Below are positions 58,900 to 64,000 of a DNA stretch of 64,000 nucleotides, in pieces. The notes under the pieces were generated by a model, which saw only the letters and a program-made list of their open reading frames with translations, did no database searches and was not told the origin of the DNA. Source of the DNA: Schmidtea polychroa (lineage: Eukaryota); NCBI GenBank assembly GCA_044892525.1, contig CM097888.1:12028001-12092000 (forward strand). Direction: 5' to 3'. A program made the position numbers and the translations under genes. Position 1 is the stretch's first letter, and each line of letters begins with the position of its first letter.

Positions 58900-58992
58900 A
58901 TTTATTAAAAAACTTGAAGACTATGAATTAGTAAATATATCGATGTTTTTGATATATTTACTGATTCATAGTCTTCAAGCTTGTTAATAAAT
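58900..58992. repeat. Palindromic mini-element, copy 3
   Basis: ATTTATTAA..CTTGAAGACTATGAATTAGTAAATATATC, loop GATGTTTTT, then GATATATTTACTGATTCATAGTCTTCAAG..TTAATAAAT. Confidence 0.85.
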
Positions 58993-59569
58993 ACAATTTC
59001 AAAAAAAGTTCTTATAATAAAAAATTAAGTAATTTTTCCTAGATATTTTTATAGATTTAAAATATAAATTTTCATATTTTAGATGTTTCATAAACTATGC
59101 TTTTCATTATTTCAATTTTAAAATTCTTATCCTTCACAGTTAATCTTTATTTAGAACAAACTGGAAATTTGCTTCAGAAAGATATGCCTTTAACTTATGA
59201 AAAGCGATACATGTAAGAAATTCTGAAAACCATTAATAGTTGATTATTTGTTATTTTTCATAAAAATATTATTGATAACAAGTCTGAAATATTCATATGA
59301 TATTAAATGCCGTGTTAATGACCTACAATATTAATTAATAATTATATATTTTATTAATTATTTAATTTCATATATTTTTTTATTTTTAATTAAGTAATTT
59401 AATTTTTTTTTCAATTATTTAGTTTGTTCTAAGTAAGGAATCTGAATTTCCTTGATTTCAGATTACCCGGGTATCTTGATAATAAATATTTAAATAGAAA
59501 AATAGTGAAATTAATTAAAAAGTTTGATTTTTATTGATTTATTGTTCAAAAAAATTATTATTTATTTAA

Positions 59570-60260
59570 AAAATATTGATTAAGAAACATAAGTCTATTT
59601 TGCGTATCAGTTTTCATTGATAACTTATTTTCGTTATGAAATCAGAAGCAACTAAAAAGACGCATTCGCTGTTTGTGGAATTGTAATTAATGCTTGGAAT
59701 ATTTTTTCATTGCTTATTTACAGTCATTATCACTAAATTATTAAAGCTCTTTCTATTAATGAAAATTTAGATGTAGTTATTGAAACCACCATAATAGTTT
59801 TATGGTTTTTTAAAGCTTATCGTAGACTGAATTCTTCACATTTGTATCATTATCTTTTAATTCTTCCTAGCATTGTCCTTCTCACCATTATTATTATTTA
59901 ATAACCTTTCAAAAATTTTTTTAGCCAATGATTTGATTACGCATTTTGAGGAGTAAGTAAAATGTACATTAGATTGTGAATAAGAACCTGTTTTCAAAAA
60001 CAACATAAATGAGACTATATTTTTGTTTCTTTCAGCCTTTCACCTTTTCAAGGCATTGTTCATTTCAGCGGTAAGATCATTTTTGCTTCTTGTAAATTAT
60101 ATAATGGCAATCTACAAACACCCTCAGCTTTCAGTAAATTACTGTCTGCCTTACTCAACTCGGTTACAACCAGCTCTATAGGACCTAAAACAAAATATAA
60201 GCTTTGTAATTTGTAAGCCCAGGTATTTTCAATACAAAATCCGGCTGTCGCTAAAAAGCC
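59570..60260 (-). pseudogene. Degraded hAT transposase C-terminal half (another family)
   Basis: Fragments LGPIELVVTELSKADSNLLKAEGV..DLTAEMNNALKR*KAERNK..LFL and FQALITIP..ECVFLVASDFITKI resemble the hAT LL.IP.TS..ER.FS region. Confidence 0.5.
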
Positions 60261-60654
60261 ATGGTATTTTGTGGTCCTAGAAAAGTAGTATGTAGTGAGG
60301 ACTTTAACCCACTTTCAAGTTCAAGGTCATGAAATGTCAAGATCAAATATAAACCAATCGAATAATTTTTTTAAATTTAAATTTATATTTGATACATTCT
60401 ATTTAATTATTTGATTTNNNNNNNNNNNNNNNNNNNNNNNNNNNNNNNNNNNNNNNNNNNNNNNNNNNNNNNNNNNNNNNNNNNNNNNNNNNNNNNNNNN
60501 NNNNNNNNNNNNNNNNNNNNNNNNNNNNNNNNNNNNNNNNNNNNNNNNNNNNNNNNNNNNNNNNNNNNNNNNNNNNNNNNNNNNNNNNNNNNNNNNNNNN
60601 NNNNNNNNNNNNNNNNNNNTATACGTTTTACAAATTATTATGAGTTTTCACATC

Positions 60655-62245
60655 CAGTGGCATACGCAGGGGGGGTTACTGGGGGTTTAACCCCCCATGA
60701 TTCCAACAACAATATAAAAAACTATCATTAATAAATATATAAACTTAAAACAATTTAAGAAATATTCCGAATGCCGATATATATACAGGCCCGACAAGAG
60801 GGGGGGGGGGTTGGATGGGAAAATACCCGGGGCCCCTGGGCTCTAGGGGCCCCGGAGAAAAAATCTATCATGATTTAAATCACTTGATTTTTTTATGAAA
60901 AAATCATGATTTCAATTTGTAGGAACTATGTTCCTCCTTTTGTAGTGCGTGTGTGTGGGGTACGTCTGGAGAGTGTCCGTTGCCAAGATTGCTTTCGGAA
61001 CCCCCGTTGCGTAAAAGTCTACACGGCACAAACGCATCTTGCAGTAATGGTAAGCACATGTGGCAATATTTTGTTTGTCAAGAGTCAAGTGCTTTCTATC
61101 ACTAGTTTTTGACATTTTGAGCCTGTTTCATTATTTACAAACTCTATTATTATTTAACTAAAAGAAAAATTACAAACATTAATAGTGTAGTAAGTGTAGT
61201 TGTTTGATCAATGTGAAAATCTCCAGGAAGAAGCGGATAAAGTAATCGTGTTTGTGAACTAAGCCGAAAGTGAATAAGAAATTAACCTAAGCGTTGGGCT
61301 ACAAAGCATTTCTTTACCGGTGCTGGAGTGCTGAAGTCTAATTTTCGATTATTAGTAATTAGCAGTCAATGGGAGACCGCCATCGACTCCGATATTCGCG
61401 ACGTGGATGAATTAGAAATGACAACAAGTGACGAATTCAGAACAAATGTTTTCAATGTTTTCTTAGATTGTATTATTGGAAATATTGCAAGAAGATTTAA
61501 TGCGGCTAAAGAAATTGATTCGTTATTTAATGTATTATGGTTATTTCATAACCTTAATGATGAAGAAATACAAAAGAAGTCCGAAAAATTACAAAAGGTA
61601 TATGAAAATAATATTGACCATAATCTTGGTGAAGAAATACTCCATTTAAAATCAATTTATGATGCCAAAATACAAAACAAATCTCTCTCGCCCATTGAGT
61701 TACTAAACATCATTAAAAAAATGAAACTGGATGTATTGTTTCCCAACATAATAATAGCAATAAGATTATTTTGTACGATCCCTGTAACCGTTGCTGAAGC
61801 AGAACGATCCTTTAGTGTTTTAAAAAGGATAAAAGATGTTTTGAGATCCACAATGTCACAACACCGATTGAATGATTTAGGAATGTTGTCGATTGAATCT
61901 GAAATGGCTAAGAAAATTGATTTTCAAGACGTAATTAATTTGTTTGCTAGGCGCAAGGTTCGGAAAGCAACATTCTAAAAAATAATTTGTTTTTTGTACT
62001 TTTTTTGTAATTTTAGTTGTAAACGTTTTCATTTTTGTAAGAGAATTTTTGATGAATACATTGTTCCAATAACAATTAGGACATTTTTCAGTTTCCCGCT
62101 TCATTTATAAATAGCCCAAAGTCGGAGGGGAAAATTTTTTTTCACGCTCTTGGCAGGGGCCCTCACAAGAAGTATATCCCCGGGCCCTAAAAGTCCTCAA
62201 TACCCCCCCCCCCCCCCCCATGGATTCATCCTGCGTACGCGCCTG
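60655..62245 (+). mobile_element. Internally deleted hAT element (1591 bp)
   Basis: TIRs CAGTGGCATACGCAGG / CCTGCGTACGCGCCTG (13/16); perfect 8-bp TSD TTCACATC at 60647-54 and 62246-53. A second CAGGCCCG-type end occurs at 60786. Confidence 0.88.
61328..61978 (+). pseudogene. hAT transposase C-terminal fragment with dimerisation domain
   Basis: LFPNIIIAIRLFCTIPVTVAEAERSFSVLKRIKDVLRSTMSQHRLNDLGMLSIE..FARRKVRK. The N-terminal DDE part is absent. Confidence 0.88.
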
Positions 62246-64000
62246 TTCACATCATAAAAATGATAATAAATTAAGACATTAAAAATAATTTAAAAAAAGA
62301 TATATTAAATCACAGGTCAATTCAATAACATTACGTCATCTATATCAATATCATTGTCATTTTTATCATCATTGTCATCATCGTCATTGCAATCTGGACT
62401 TAGACCTCCAATTAGTGGACTAAATTTCTGAAAATACTTGATCAACATCTATTCCTTAATATTGCCCAATTGAGAGACTGAAATTTTCCCCCCACCCTTA
62501 ACCTTAATATAACTATAGTTTCCATGTGACTGTCTTTATTAGTCAGTGCTTTGTCAACATGCACTGAACATGTACTGAACATGCACTGACCATGCAACGA
62601 GCATTAAATTTTAACTATACTCTATGTTAATATAAACTTTAAAAGTAACTTTAACCATTCCAAAAATACTAAGTTATTATGAAACCATGTGTGTGTAGAA
62701 AATTCAAAAGAAACATACGCAAATTTTAATCTAGCTATTTTATATAACAAAGAATTGCATTCCTACAATATGATAATAAAAAAGTTATATCTCAATAAAA
62801 AGGTTTATTAACGTATGACGTTAAAAACAATTTATTTTTCCCTCCAAAATTTGAAAATTCCACCAGAGGCCGCATTTGACCTGCTTAAGGGCCACACTTT
62901 GGGGACCCCTGAAATAAAGAATTTAATGATCCACAAAAAATTAAGTTGGGTCTCCAAAAAAAGTACTACTATAGACTGTACTAACCGTGTCTATTTTTTG
63001 ATTTAATTTGATGTGACCTATATAACATTTGAGTTGACATACATATAAATAAAATATTTAGCAAAATAATTTTTAGCTTAATAATTCTTTCCTCGACAGG
63101 GGATTGGGGGGTACTGTGCCATAAGTGACCTGTTCTAGCGATTACCAATCCTTCTACTATGGCAGTACCGTAATTAATTATGATAAATTTAAAACAAAAA
63201 TATTTATATGTCGTTAATGATTAATAATTACAAATTTAAAATAATGTTATTCCAATTTTTTATATAGTAAAATAGATGAAAAAAGAATTGTACCTCCGAT
63301 AATTTGGGATTCATTAGATAAAAATGATAAATTCTCACAGTATCAATTTCCTCCGAAAGAACTTGAAAAATTGAAGAAAACCTATGAGAAATATCTATGT
63401 TTAAGAAAATTCAAAAAAGTATAGTATTAATAAATTTAATAAAATTGTTATTTAAAAAAAATTTTTAACATAATTTTCAATATTTAATTTTAATTGTGTG
63501 ATCAAAAATGCTAAGAATAAATTGGAAAATTGTATTATTTTGAAAATGATACAAAATAATAAAAATAATATAAAATAAAAATTTTTTTCTACTATAACAA
63601 TAGAAAAAAGTGAATTTCGTGTATTAATAAAACATTGTTTATTGATCTTAGAAAATACGATAAAACAAAGGAATAACTTGATAAATATTATAAGAAATTT
63701 TCAGCAGAAAAATCATTTGTTATTTATTGGAATAATGGATTTAAACATGGTCGTACTAGAACTATAGATATTAGGCATACAAATACACACACATGCTCTG
63801 TGTGACACTTTCTTATTTTTAAACTGAAAGTGATCGCTTACAGGTTGAAATTTCAGTCAATTGTAGATTTGAAATGGTAAACAGATACATATTTTGGAGT
63901 CTTCGATAAACAATATTTTTCTGATAGTAATCAAAAACTTGAAAACCATTGGATAACATGTACCAATTTATAGAAAAAAATTTCCTTGATGTATATCACT

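Noticed and set aside
5389-60731. Track ORFs containing long X runs (for example 5389-5724, 9923-10436, 16619-16955, 20246-20633, 42721-43278, 53111-53654, 60411-60731)
   Set aside because: They are artefacts of translating across N gaps.
60906-61115. Overlapping Cys-containing short ORFs inside the hAT derivative
   Set aside because: No recognisable zinc-finger spacing in any frame.
63101-63169. Canonical HDV-like ribozyme
   Set aside because: The L3 would be 17 nt without the UCCUCG-type motif, and there is no GG for P1.1. Kept only as an unclassified structure.
1-64000. CRISPR arrays, tRNA genes, rRNA genes, prokaryotic operons
   Set aside because: No repeat-spacer arrays, cloverleafs or rRNA cores were found. 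The DNA is eukaryotic with spliceosomal introns.

Overview
AT-rich eukaryotic (animal) scaffold with seven N-gaps (about 5508-5653, 10108-10331, 16729-16858, 20335-20512, 42742-43145, 53303-53569, 60418-60619). Host genes have tiny GT-AG introns (37-56 nt, mostly ~40): the 5' part of PICK1, UBE2Z, a 117-aa Shisa-like single-pass membrane protein and a divergent TKL-like kinase. Most of the window is transposons. These include two ~99% identical hAT elements in inverted orientation, two full-length Ty3/gypsy elements with LTRs, PBS, PPT and -1 frameshift signals, and two solo LTRs. There are also a gypsy relic, a Tc1 DD34E relic, Buster and other hAT relics, hAT MITEs with 8-bp TSDs, a Penelope GIY-YIG relic, satellites and several long palindromes. 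The most striking observation is at 12252-14052. Two adjacent TA-flanked, TIR-bounded elements lie head-to-head, and each carries a 5' splice donor followed ~17 nt later by a Drosha-like hairpin. The 3' arm of both hairpins is the identical 22-mer UGAGAUCAUUAUUCAAGUUCUU, which has the bantam/miR-80 family seed, suggesting transposon-borne bantam-like microRNA genes. Everything was derived by manual reading; no searches or folding programs were run.
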